DNA of 64,000 bases from Marsupella aquatica (taxonomy: Eukaryota; Plantae; Marchantiophyta). Of the stretch, positions 50,112 to 61,100 are shown piece after piece. The notes under the pieces were generated by a model. It was not told the origin of the DNA and ran no database searches. It saw only the letters and a list, made by a program, of their open reading frames with translations. The translations under genes and the position numbers were made by a program. The stretch is taken from assembly GCA_973895155.1 (NCBI GenBank), contig OZ316899.1, forward strand, positions 11,407,675-11,471,674. Reading direction: 5' to 3'. The stretch's first letter is position 1. Each line of letters starts with the position of its first letter.

Positions 50112-53100
50112 TTGTGTATGGGATGCTGTCAAGAGGGCCACATGCTGGGACAGTGTCCTACTTGGTTGGTAGGATTGGCCGCTAATCAAAAACTCTTGCC
50201 GATGAAGGTCCTGCCACTGGGCACAACACCAGGTGGAGTTCATATCAATTACATTGAGTTGGGATGGCAGACAGATGCCAAGGCTGAGTTTGGACCATCT
50301 GATGACAAGGCTGAGGCCTTATCAATATTCTCAGAAGAGGAACTAGACCACAACTGCTACCGGGTTTCTACTCGTTCAACAAGGAAGGAAAGGTGGGATG
50401 GTTTGGCCAAGAACAAGGGGAAGACCAAGGAGGAAGGGGTCGACTCTCCATCTTCATCACCAAGGAGAAGGAAAGGTTCCGGCAACTTAGGTAAGCCCTG
50501 AGCCCAACCCTTCACAAGATAGTGATTTCAACCGAGATCACCCCAAGCTATTGTACCCGTCCATTACGGCTAGTGTTAAGGAACAACTTTGGGAATTGGA
50601 GACACTAGAGAATACTGAAGCTATAGCCAAGGATGTCAAGAGGGCCAAAGCGTTGTTTGCTTCAGAAAAACCAACGTCCGTGGAACCTAGTGTTCAACAA
50701 CAAGCAAAAGAGTGGTGGATCTTGCCACCCAGCACCGTCACCAATCCCAACACTCACGCCTAAGTGCCCCTGGTGCCCGAACGCCTCCACAAAATTCCTC
50801 GAGCAAGCAACCTAGTGCCCCTTGCACCACCAGCGGCCCCTCCCATACAAAGCTGCACTTGCTCTCCAACACAACGCTACTCAATGGTCCTCATTGTCTG
50901 CACAAGCAACCAAGCCCCTCGGTAAGTAACCCTTCAAGATCTAGAACTCGCCAAGTCTAGCATCCTAACTCAAGCTCAACAGACATTGGTAAATAGGTCA
51001 GCGATAAGTCCTCCCGATGCCATAAGCCGGAACCAGAACCCACGCCCACTATTTGTCCATAACAGCTCCTTCCTTGGGCGTGGCCCGGGTTCCCCCTTGT
51101 ACCTATCCATCACCAACTGACCGCCCTGACCCCATGACATGCTCATGGCCCAAATAGCGTAGCTTGTCCTAAAGCTTGTCCCAACACGTCGGGACCAGAA
51201 TGGCCCCGACTCTAGCAACCAACTCCAGGTTTGCCCCATTGATGGTCTAATGGCCGAGCACCCTTGGAACTCAACCTCCATGCTTACTGGCCTTGCCTCC
51301 CAACTCAAGCTCCCTTGGGAGACTGAACGCGGCTTGACTGCTGTTTGACAGGATTTGGCAAGCGGGCGAGCTAACACCCCCAAACCTCAAGGACCCATGG
51401 CTCCCAAGACCCAGTTGAGCTCAGGAGGATGTAGCCCTTCTAAAGATCTTTCCAACGCACCCAAGAAGTCCTCCAATGGACTTCCCACTGGGAAGATATC
51501 GCCATTTTTGTTTGGTGCTTTCCCTTAGTGTCGCGACCATCACGGCTCACAACTTTGGCTCACCCTTGGCTCCCAGGGAGACACCCCTCCCCTCATATAT
51601 GCTTCTGGAGACCTGCCACCCCCAGACCAAATTTGGTCCCTAAACATTTGGCCCCCAACCCGGATGCTATCACGCATAGTGGGCGCGCCACCTACTGGCA
51701 ACGCCCATAACTTTCTTGTTAGGCGTCCGCAAGTGGAGTACCTTAGCCCGTTATGATTGGGCCAACACAGTGCTCATGCCTAGGCCCTCAGGTCTCATTG
51801 CCGCTTGGGGTCTTCGATCGGCCAAACCCAAATCGGGCCATAACTCATCTTACGGGCAGAGTAGCAAGATGGATACTGGTATTACAGGAATTTGACTACA
51901 AGTTAAAATTCAAGCCGAGAAAACTGTGCATGCCAATGCCGACTTCTTTTCAAGAATTTCAGGTGAACCAGCTACGGACTGCATCGACGATCGATTTCCA
52001 AACGAATAGCTATTCATAGTGGAAGTAACGGATACCTGGTACCCTGACATATTATGATTTCTCAGCACATCAAGGTTAGAAGCAAGGGTAAGTAGGGAAC
52101 AAGCCGCAGTTTTTTTATGAAAGGTCAGGCAGTATCAGTGCATTAAAGGCATCTTACACAGGCATGGAGTCAATGGGAAAATTCAAAGGTGTTTGGAATA
52201 GGGCGAAGTGAAGCGGGTCTTAGAAGCTATGCATGGAGACAAAGCCAAGGGATTTTGCACCAGTAACCATGTCTAAAAAGATTTTAGATGCCAACTATTG
52301 GTGGCCAACCTTACACAAGGATGTACACTAGTTCATCAAGCAATGTGATCCTTGCCAGAGAGCAGGAGGGCCAAGGGCGGCCACTAGACATCCACTACAC
52401 CCCATTCTACCTCTTGCACCATTCAAGAAGTGGGGTATTGATTACATTGGGCCCTTGAAACCCTTAACTCATCCTTGAAGAAACAAATACATCATCTTGG
52501 CTACAGATTATGCGACTAAGTGGGTGGAAGCCAGGCCAACGATGAAGGACGACGCGGTCACCACGGCTTGGTTTATGTATGAGCAAATCTTTACAAGGTA
52601 TGGAGCACCCCTAGAATTAGTAAGTGATAGGGGAACTCATTTCTTGAATGATATAGTCAGCCGTTTAAATGAGCAATACCTAGTACGTCATCGGCCTACC
52701 ACCCCTTATCACCCAAAGGCAAATGGGCTAACCGAACAAGCGTATGGCATCATTGGTAAGATCTTAAACAAAATAGTGGCCCAAAACAAAATTGATTGTT
52801 GTCTTTGCTTACTACAAGTCCACCACCGGCCATACACCCTTCTTTTTAACTTTTGGACAAGAAGCTTTAGTACCCATACAACTTGAGATTCCTACATTTC
52901 AGGTTTCAATTAAGGGGAGAGGTCGTTAGAGGAAGAAAGCTTAATAGAGCGAGAATATAAATTAGAGGCCTTAGAAGAGGAAAGAATGATTTCAGCAGAA
53001 AGAGTAGAACATAGACAAAATTCCATGAAGCAACAATATGACAAAAGGTTGAAACCAATTAGTATTCAGACCGGAGACCTAGTATTACTCTATGACAGTA

Positions 53101-53255
53101 GGTATAGTAAGTTTCCAGGTAAACTTTACACTCAATGGCTAGGACCCTTTAAGGTAAACATGAAGTTCTCCAATGGGTCTGTCCATCTGGCTAACATCAC
53201 AGGGGAAGTATACCCAGTTTGCATACAACCGCCTAAAGAGATACTACATGGATGA
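50112..53255 (+). pseudogene. Degenerate Gypsy gag-pol remnant (gag end, RNase H end, integrase); protease and RT missing
   Basis: CYRVSTRS, LTGRVARWILVLQEFDY, ATDYATKWVEA, VSDRGTHF, YHPKANG, WLGPF. Confidence 0.82.
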
Positions 53256-53301
53256 AGATGAGGTTGTTTGCGAGGACGCTTCACAATTAAGTGGGGAGCT
53301 A

Positions 53302-54228
53302 TGTGATGCCTAGCCAGGAATCACTGGGTTGTGTAAAAGGTAAAACTGGGTGGTATACAATAAATCCACTAGTATAAGGAGGAAAAGATGAGAAAACCAT
53401 AAACAAGTAAGGGAGAAACATATACATGGAACCCGAGCCGAGGCCGGGAGAAAGAGGCGTAACAACCACTAAGGGTTGTGATTAGGTTTAGGACACATTA
53501 ATGCTGGAGGCTACCCGTAATCAGTAAACGAGACAAGCAGCATAGGCCGGAGGGGGGTAAGGGAGGTTCACCCAAGAGTGGCGGCTCACATTTTACCTCA
53601 ATCAAGCAGAGTGCAAGCAAAAGCCAATGATTGTCAACTGCAAAGGAGAACATGGGGGCATAAACAGCTACCGAGCAACAACAGAGGAGGGAATGAGCAA
53701 CATCAATCAAGCGGCACATTTCTAGGGTTGCTTGTTCGAACGGGCAAGTGAGTACATTGGGACCTACAAAGAGGAAGAGTCAGAAAGAGCAGCCCGCAAA
53801 TGACAGGAGCTTGCTAGGCTATGGGAATTGCATAGGTAGGCCTTCTTAGGAGGAGAGTTCATCAAGGCTGAATTCCTGTGGACGCCTACTACGGATGAGC
53901 TCGACGATCTTCTGATTCAAGACAACAGAATTGTCGGCATCCGGCAAGCCATCAACAACTGCAATGACAAACATTGGGACCTACAGGGTTGCACGGAGGC
54001 GCGGACAAAAGCAACAGTGTTGGAAGAATTGTCAAGAGCAGCCAAAATGAAGAGAAAGATGGCCAACAACGAAGAAAACACACCGGCCAAGAGGACAAGG
54101 TTGGCAGTATCAAGAAGCGCGGCCGAACAAGGGAGCTAGAGAGAGGAGGGAGCCAAGGAACCAGAAGTTGACCCGATCAATGTTGTCCCTACCAGAGATG
54201 ACACATGGAAGGGTTGGGCGATGATAAT
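53302..54228 (+). mobile_element. Start of a family-B 3' LTR, interrupted by the family-A element
   Basis: Follows integrase and the purine tract AAGTGGGGAG; begins TGTGATGCCTAGCCAGGAATCAC; homologous to 41251-42150. Confidence 0.88.
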
Positions 54229-54634
54229 TGTGACACGGGTAACGTGTCACTTGATCGAACCCAGGTCGTAGATTAGGACTTATACGGTCATTAGGACCGT
54301 AGCCATAGCGTAGAATAGCACGTATAGCCGTCAAGTTGCCATTATGATTAGATAGGAGTAGGTTAAGATAACCGAATAATTACGAGTTCAGGAAAGGGAT
54401 TATTACGCGCGACCGAGGTACGGTGGCGGCAGCGGAGTAAAAATCAGTTAGAAGAATCACGCTTGGACCGAGACGCCGACTTCAGCTCGTTATCAATGAC
54501 CAAACGGCCTGACCTTCTCACGCTCGGGCTCGTCCGGGCACCCCCATAAGAGAGGAGCCGATGGCACTGCGGGCCATTCGCTCACGTTTACCTTTTTGGA
54601 ATTCACGGACGCTGCCATCCGCTCCCCTTTTTGA

Positions 54635-57082
54635 TTGAATCCAGTCGACCTTTACGAGGAAATTATCAAGGGAGAAGAGCGGAATGTGGCGAGATTTAGT
54701 CAGGACGAGCGAGGCCTCCGCGAGAAAGGACCAGCCAGGTGGGAACGTGGACGCAACGAACCGGACTACGAGGTTAGTATGACCCTCACAGTCTTGGGAT
54801 TTTGGACCTTGTTTGGCGAGGTAGGTGCTAAGTTCTCCGAGACTTACTGGTACTCTTGCCCCGAGAAAGCTGCTTACGAACGAAGGTACGCGAAGCTGGT
54901 AACCAAGGTAGCACTGGTTAATTGCGAAAGGACAGCCATCACCAAGGATTCTAGCTATAACGAGCTGCGAGACTACATCACCGAACTATATCTCAGCGAG
55001 GAAGGGCTTAGATCGGTAGCAGAGGCGATTCTTGAGGTTCCAGCTAAGTTCTTTAAGCTGAAGGGCAACCAGCGGCTTACTCAAGCGGAGTTTGACAAGA
55101 TTCCGGGGTACCTAGACCGGCAGATCGCAGCCAAAAAGCGCAAAGAAGACATCAGCAGACAACGGGAAGCGGCGCGTAATCTCACGTTCCTCGGGGAAAG
55201 CTCCAACACCTTCAACTGGGATAGGGCTACCCCAGCGCCTCAACCGATGACCACCGGAGTACCGCCGAACCAGTCCCAAGTCCGTCCAGTAATCAACGCG
55301 GAGTGTTCTTCGGGTTCCGAGCGAGCTAGTCCGCAACTCGAACAGCGTCCTCGTAAGCGGTCAAGGACTACGACGGCCCCCGAATCAACACGGACCGACG
55401 CCGCGCCTGCACCTGCCCCGGCAAACCCCCCGACCAACCAGACCCGACGGCCCCCGGATAACCCGAAGTCCAACTTATTACAGGTAATCCGCATCCCCGA
55501 GGTAGTCTGGATCGCGATCAAGAAACTCGAACATGCGGACTATCTCAAGGAGCATCAGTTGGAGCGGTTCGCCCACTTACTATGGAGGCCGTGCGCCGCC
55601 GGGCCGAAGGAGATTTGTGAGTTCATCTCCAATTTCGACACTGATGCGTCAACCACCAAGGTTTCGGGGCAGACCTTATCACTCACGGAGCATCGGTTAA
55701 CGCAAATTTTCGGCCTACCAACCGGGCCGGTGCCGGTGGAAATCCGAATTCGGGATAAGGAGTATACGCCGCGGCACTTTAAACCCGAGGGTAAGACGGA
55801 CAACGGATACAAGCAGGGGGCGTGCACCAACTTAACCTGTATGGAGCGGCTTAACTTCATACGGACTACCCTACACATGATTGAGCCACGATCCGAGATT
55901 TCCCTCTGCACGATAGTGCAGGTGGAACAGTACAAACGACGAAACTGGGCCCAATTCTTCTACCGAAGATTCTCGGGGGAGCTGAAGCGGGCTCAGGGTG
56001 GTATGGCTATTGGAGGGAAGACTTACTTGGGGAGTCATATCGCCATTATCCTCGCCTGGTACAAGGCACGGCGGGAGGCCAGAGGAAAGAATACGGCCAC
56101 CTCAGCCCCGGGTAATGTCACCCCCGCCCCAGAGGAGGCAACCCCGACTACGCGGACTACTGTCCCTCGGACAAACCCCGAGCCGGAAGCCCCGACTAAT
56201 ACTCCGCAACCGCCCCCTGTGGAAATTCCACCGCCTCCTTCCGTTGAGCCTCCGCTACCTGCAGTACAACCACCCCCAATCCCTCCACCACCTGAAGAAA
56301 CCTTCCCCTCCCCAGCGCTGACTACGGAGGAGCTCGTTGCCCCTGCCGAGGAACCACCGGTACCCGAGAGGATGGAGGACTACCAAGTAGCCCCGGGGAC
56401 CATGGCCTACGACCTGGTCCAGAAGTTTAGCCAGACTATGTCTGGGGAGTTGGCGACATACATCGGACAACAAGTCTCGGCGTACTTTCAGCCAGCCTTC
56501 TTCATGTTAGAGCACCAACCATGGATCGTCAGCCGCTTGGAAGAAGAACTCATGGCGAAGGGGAATGAGATCGGGCGTCTCCAGATGCTGGTAGAGCACC
56601 TCGAGGAGGAGGCAACGACCCGCCGTGAGGATTTAGTCCACACTGTCGAACAGAGGGACGAACTAACCCAGGAGTTAAGCGGAGCGCAGGCCGAACTCAA
56701 GAAGCTGGACGACACCGTGCTTCAATTACGCTCAGAATCTTCGGCTCGGGTTACCAGCCTGACCGACCTCAACAAACAATTCTTGCAGGCAGCACAGCAG
56801 GTGGCTAGTCTCTCCGCCGAACGAGATAAATTGCTAGCGCAGGACCAGGTCCATCGCGACGCCATCGACCAGCTCAACTTGGAGGTGGCGCGGCTCCAGA
56901 CTGAAGCCGACGAAGCTGCAAACGAGGCGGAGGAAGCATTACGGGACAACAAGGCTTTGCAGGACCGCGTCACCCTGCTCGTCCTCCAGCGGGGAAAACC
57001 TGGGCCCACCTCTGATCAAGGCGGCTCGAGGTCTCACCCCGAAAAGGGGACCAGCCCTGGTCCAACCACTGCACACACGTAA
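54635..57082 (+). CDS. LTR-encoded 815-aa protein: PMD-like domain, Pro-rich linker, coiled coil
   Basis: Open frame lying wholly inside the 5' LTR; motif EICEFISNFDTDASTTKVSGQTLSLTEHRLTQIFGLPTG. The true start codon is uncertain. Confidence 0.8.
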   Translation: MNPVDLYEEIIKGEERNVARFSQDERGLREKGPARWERGRNEPDYEVSMTLTVLGFWTLFGEVGAKFSETYWYSCPEKAAYERRYAKLVTKVALVNCERTAITKDSSYNELRDYITELYLSEEGLRSVAEAILEVPAKFFKLKGNQRLTQAEFDKIPGYLDRQIAAKKRKEDISRQREAARNLTFLGESSNTFNWDRATPAPQPMTTGVPPNQSQVRPVINAECSSGSERASPQLEQRPRKRSRTTTAPESTRTDAAPAPAPANPPTNQTRRPPDNPKSNLLQVIRIPEVVWIAIKKLEHADYLKEHQLERFAHLLWRPCAAGPKEICEFISNFDTDASTTKVSGQTLSLTEHRLTQIFGLPTGPVPVEIRIRDKEYTPRHFKPEGKTDNGYKQGACTNLTCMERLNFIRTTLHMIEPRSEISLCTIVQVEQYKRRNWAQFFYRRFSGELKRAQGGMAIGGKTYLGSHIAIILAWYKARREARGKNTATSAPGNVTPAPEEATPTTRTTVPRTNPEPEAPTNTPQPPPVEIPPPPSVEPPLPAVQPPPIPPPPEETFPSPALTTEELVAPAEEPPVPERMEDYQVAPGTMAYDLVQKFSQTMSGELATYIGQQVSAYFQPAFFMLEHQPWIVSRLEEELMAKGNEIGRLQMLVEHLEEEATTRREDLVHTVEQRDELTQELSGAQAELKKLDDTVLQLRSESSARVTSLTDLNKQFLQAAQQVASLSAERDKLLAQDQVHRDAIDQLNLEVARLQTEADEAANEAEEALRDNKALQDRVTLLVLQRGKPGPTSDQGGSRSHPEKGTSPGPTTAHT

Positions 57083-58179
57083 GGGGTAGTTAGCGAAGGG
57101 TAGAAGCAGGCGCCGCGCGAAGCGGTTAAGTCAGCGGCATCTTTTAGTTAGGCGTAACGACAAAATGACTGTCATTAGGCGCCGATTAGCGGCAGTAGGA
57201 AGAATTAGGGCCGGTCAGTTAGGATCAGCCAACGTAGGATTGAGTCCATCAACGGACTAGAGTTTGTCAGTAGGCTTGGCCGTTGCCATTCCGGTTGGCA
57301 CACTCGTAGTCGACGGTCAACCGGTCAGTGCAGCGCGACCGGTAGTCAGCAGTTAGTTAGTCAGTAGGTAGTACCCCGGAAGGTAGTATCCTCCGGTTCT
57401 CTTCCGCTATGGTAGTATTTAGGCTTCCCCTTCCGCGATGGGAAGCGGGAGAAGGCTTAGTTATCTCAGCAGAAGAAAGGCGAGGCACGGGGAGTCCCGG
57501 CCTGAGTAGGGTCAGAGCGTACCAAGGAGTGAGAACCAGAGTCGAGCTTGCTGGGCAAGTGCGAGGCAGGGCCTCGTAGAGACTGGGCATCGACTGCCGT
57601 TGGGCCTGCTGACCCCCTTTGAAGTCGAGTCAACCATGTAAACTGATGCTTCGCTGAGTAAATGTAGTCTTTTCCCCTTAATGTTTCTGAGAGTAACTGG
57701 TGTTGTGTGTATGCTTTGTCCGGGCAAAGGCGCCATTTTAAGGGACGTACCGGGTGCGGACTAATGGTAGGGATTGCCGCTCATTGCATGTCACAAGGTC
57801 CTGTCACGTCGATGGCTTGAAAAGCCCCAAGTTGGGAGTTAGTCCGCGTCACTAACTGAGGGAAAATTCCAGCGGTGGAAAATAAATATACCTATGACAA
57901 GTACGAATTATGCGAGTGTTATACCAGTAAGTATAGCGGCTTAGCCCGACTTAGGGCTATTGAAGGTCACTACACACCTCCTTGCCCGAACCCTCACCCC
58001 TACTGGTGGTCGAGGTCGCACCACGACACTAACCCGGATTTAAGGCCCAGGGTAGGGGTGCGACATACGGCGACCGGTTTTTTGGCGCTAGATGGAGGGG
58101 GCACTCATTTTGCCTTACGAGTGGAGACGTGTAGTGAGCTAGTAACTTTTGATTTTGTACTCGACGTGAAGGAAGGGGC

Positions 58180-61100
58180 ATGCCCCTTACCCGGTCACGT
58201 TCTGCGTATTTACAACAACCGGACGGAGCATCAAGGTTGGAAGAGAATACCGCGACCGGCGAAGCGGGGAGCTCGGCTTCCCAAGCAGGATCGCGGGAGG
58301 AACTCCACCGGTTCCACCAGCCCCGCAGGTACCAGGTGCGTTGCGGCCCCCTGCGGCTCAGAACGTGTCGCAGCGATCCCGGTTTCACTATCGACCCTTT
58401 AAGGGACGACCCACAGACGACCCTGATGAATGGATAGCTGAGTTCGAGGCCACGGCCAAGGCGAATGGTGAGGAAGCCATTAAGCTAACCATTCTTCCAG
58501 GCGTACTACGAGGAGAAGCGCGCCCGTGGTATAACTTACAACCCCCGGGTTGTACATGGGGCCAGTTCCAAACGGCGTTCTTGCAAGAATTTCGGCCCGT
58601 CGGGATCGAATCTCGGGCCCTGTCAAAAATCGGGTGAATGCAAATGGGTAAGCATGACTCACTTCACAAATTTCTTCAGCGGTTCCAGAAGGTTGCCGCC
58701 AAGATTCGGCCTAAGCCAGATGACTCTCTGCTGAGGAAATGGTTCGTCAACGCGCTACCCCAGAGGATGGCGTTCTCGGTGCTAGAAAAGAAGACCACCA
58801 CTCTACAACAAGCAATTGATAGTGCCGAATCCTTTAGGGAATTGCACTACGCCTCTCAGCTTAATAGGAGGACCAAACATAAGAAGAGCAGGAGGTATCA
58901 TACCTTCAGCGACTCCGACTCTGAGTACGACGAGAAGAAGAGGAAGAAGAAATGACGATACAAGAAGAAGGGCCGGACCAGCTCTTCGTCAGACTCTGAT
59001 TCTGAGTCTAGTAATTCCCTGTCCAGTAGCCCGACGTCAACTGGCTCATCCTCCAGCGAGACCGAGTCAGAGTCTCGAGACCACAGAAGAAAGAAGGGAT
59101 CACGGTCAGATACGGGTAAACATAAACCGCGAGCCAAAGTCGTCACCACGGACCCAAAGGCTGCGGAGGTAGAAAAGCTGAACGAAATCACAGACCGGCT
59201 GAAGGCACTATCGGTGCACTTGGCGGAAAAACCTCCGGACAAGAAGAAACCACCGGAAATCCGAGCGCATGCTTGGTGCTCCAAGTGTTATCAATCGAGA
59301 CATGTGGTGCAAGAATGTCCAAGATGGAACACTCGCGTGCACCAGATGGAGTTGGAGCCCGGACAGTCCGAACCAGAGGGATGCACGATGGAGTACTTCT
59401 TCGAGGATCCAGGTGAGGCGGTGTTCCAGATGAGTATGACGGGACCTCGCACCCTAAGCGGCCACAATCCAGGGTTCCATACCCCTTATCCGTATCCGGT
59501 AAATGGGCGTGGCCCCCAGATGGTCAGCAATCCAAGTATCCCACCTAAACCCGGAGTTTGGCGGACCCCGGTTTGCTATAATTGCGAGAAACCTGGTCAC
59601 TTTGCCCGAGAGTGCATGGAGCAAAGGAAGCAAGGGGATGGGAGAGCGCTTCCATTGTGCCAGGTCTGTCGAACCGAAGCACATTCCACGTCAAACTGCC
59701 CCTTGGTGCTAGCCGCGAAGGCCGGCGCCGTCAGAGCTGCTCAACCTGCGGCCCCACCAATTACGGATGCAGTAGTACAAATGGTAACAATGGAATGGCA
59801 GGACGACTCCACCAAATGGATCGATCTCATAGAGGCAGTCAAGCAAACGGGAACGCACGCGGACGACGAGTGCTATCGCGTTTCTACCCGATCATCCCGC
59901 AAGAAGGATAAGTACAAAGAACGAGATCGGAAGGATGCCCAGCAGAAAGAGGCGGTCGCAGACAAGAATAGTCCAATGGAACCAGACGAGCTGGAAGACT
60001 ACCAGCGGGATAACCCGAAGTTATTCTACCCACGAGTAGAGGAACTGGTCAAAAAGCAATTGGAAGCCTATGAAGCCCAAGAGCACGAGAAAGCCATTAA
60101 GAAGGATATTGCCAATGCTAAGGCGGCCGAAGAAGCCGAGGAAGCTGAGACTGCCTTGCAAACTGAAGTCAAGGGAGCAGAAGCAGTAAAATCTGCGACC
60201 CCACCGTCTAACCAATACGACATCAAAAAGGATGTTCAGAACTGTGCAGCCACAGCCACTGTCGGACAACTATTGCAGGATAACCCGAAGTATAGGCAAC
60301 AACTCAAGGAGATGCTGATAGGAAAGAGGAGGCGATGGCTACCTCGGGTAAGCACCTTAGCCGACTGTATGATGATTTACCAGGACTTAGGAGCGCTGGA
60401 AGTCTCTATCGAGATAGCGGGCTGTACTGTTCGGTTTGTACCGATAGACGGCGGGTCCGGTGTAAACATCATGACAGAGGACACTTCCGTAAGGTTGGGA
60501 TATACATCTTATCAACCCACGGCGCGCGCCATTCGGTTAGCAAACGGCGCCAGGATCATGCCACTGGGGACGTTAACCAAGATATCCACGTGGATTGGAG
60601 GCCTCGAGTTCTTTCTAAATTACCTGGTGATGCGACCCGTCCGACCCTCTTCTTATCCAGTACTGCTGGGCAGACCCTGGTTATACGGTGCCCGAGTCGT
60701 TACCGACTGGGGAAGGAAGGAATTACGATTCGGTAACCCAACTACGACGGTGTCCTGGAAGGAAGAAGACTACCAGGGCGAGACGCCCCAGGGACCCGAA
60801 GAATGTGACTCGGAGGAGGACATCTCAGAAGAAGAGGTGAATATGGTGGAGTTAATCTCTCGCCTGGATGAAGAGGAAGTCTTCGGGGTAAATGCCGTCC
60901 GAGAAGCCCATATTCTGAACCAGCCCAGACCAGCGGCCCAAATCGAAGCACCCGGGAAACCAGAAGGAGATGATGCGGCAATGGGCGGAGCATTCCCCGG
61001 CAGGGTGAGCCCTACGAAGGCAGTTGGCCGGCTGGCCTTACCCGGTATACCCGAGGAAAATGCTACTCAAACCGTCACTCCTCCCGCAAAGAAAAAGGTT

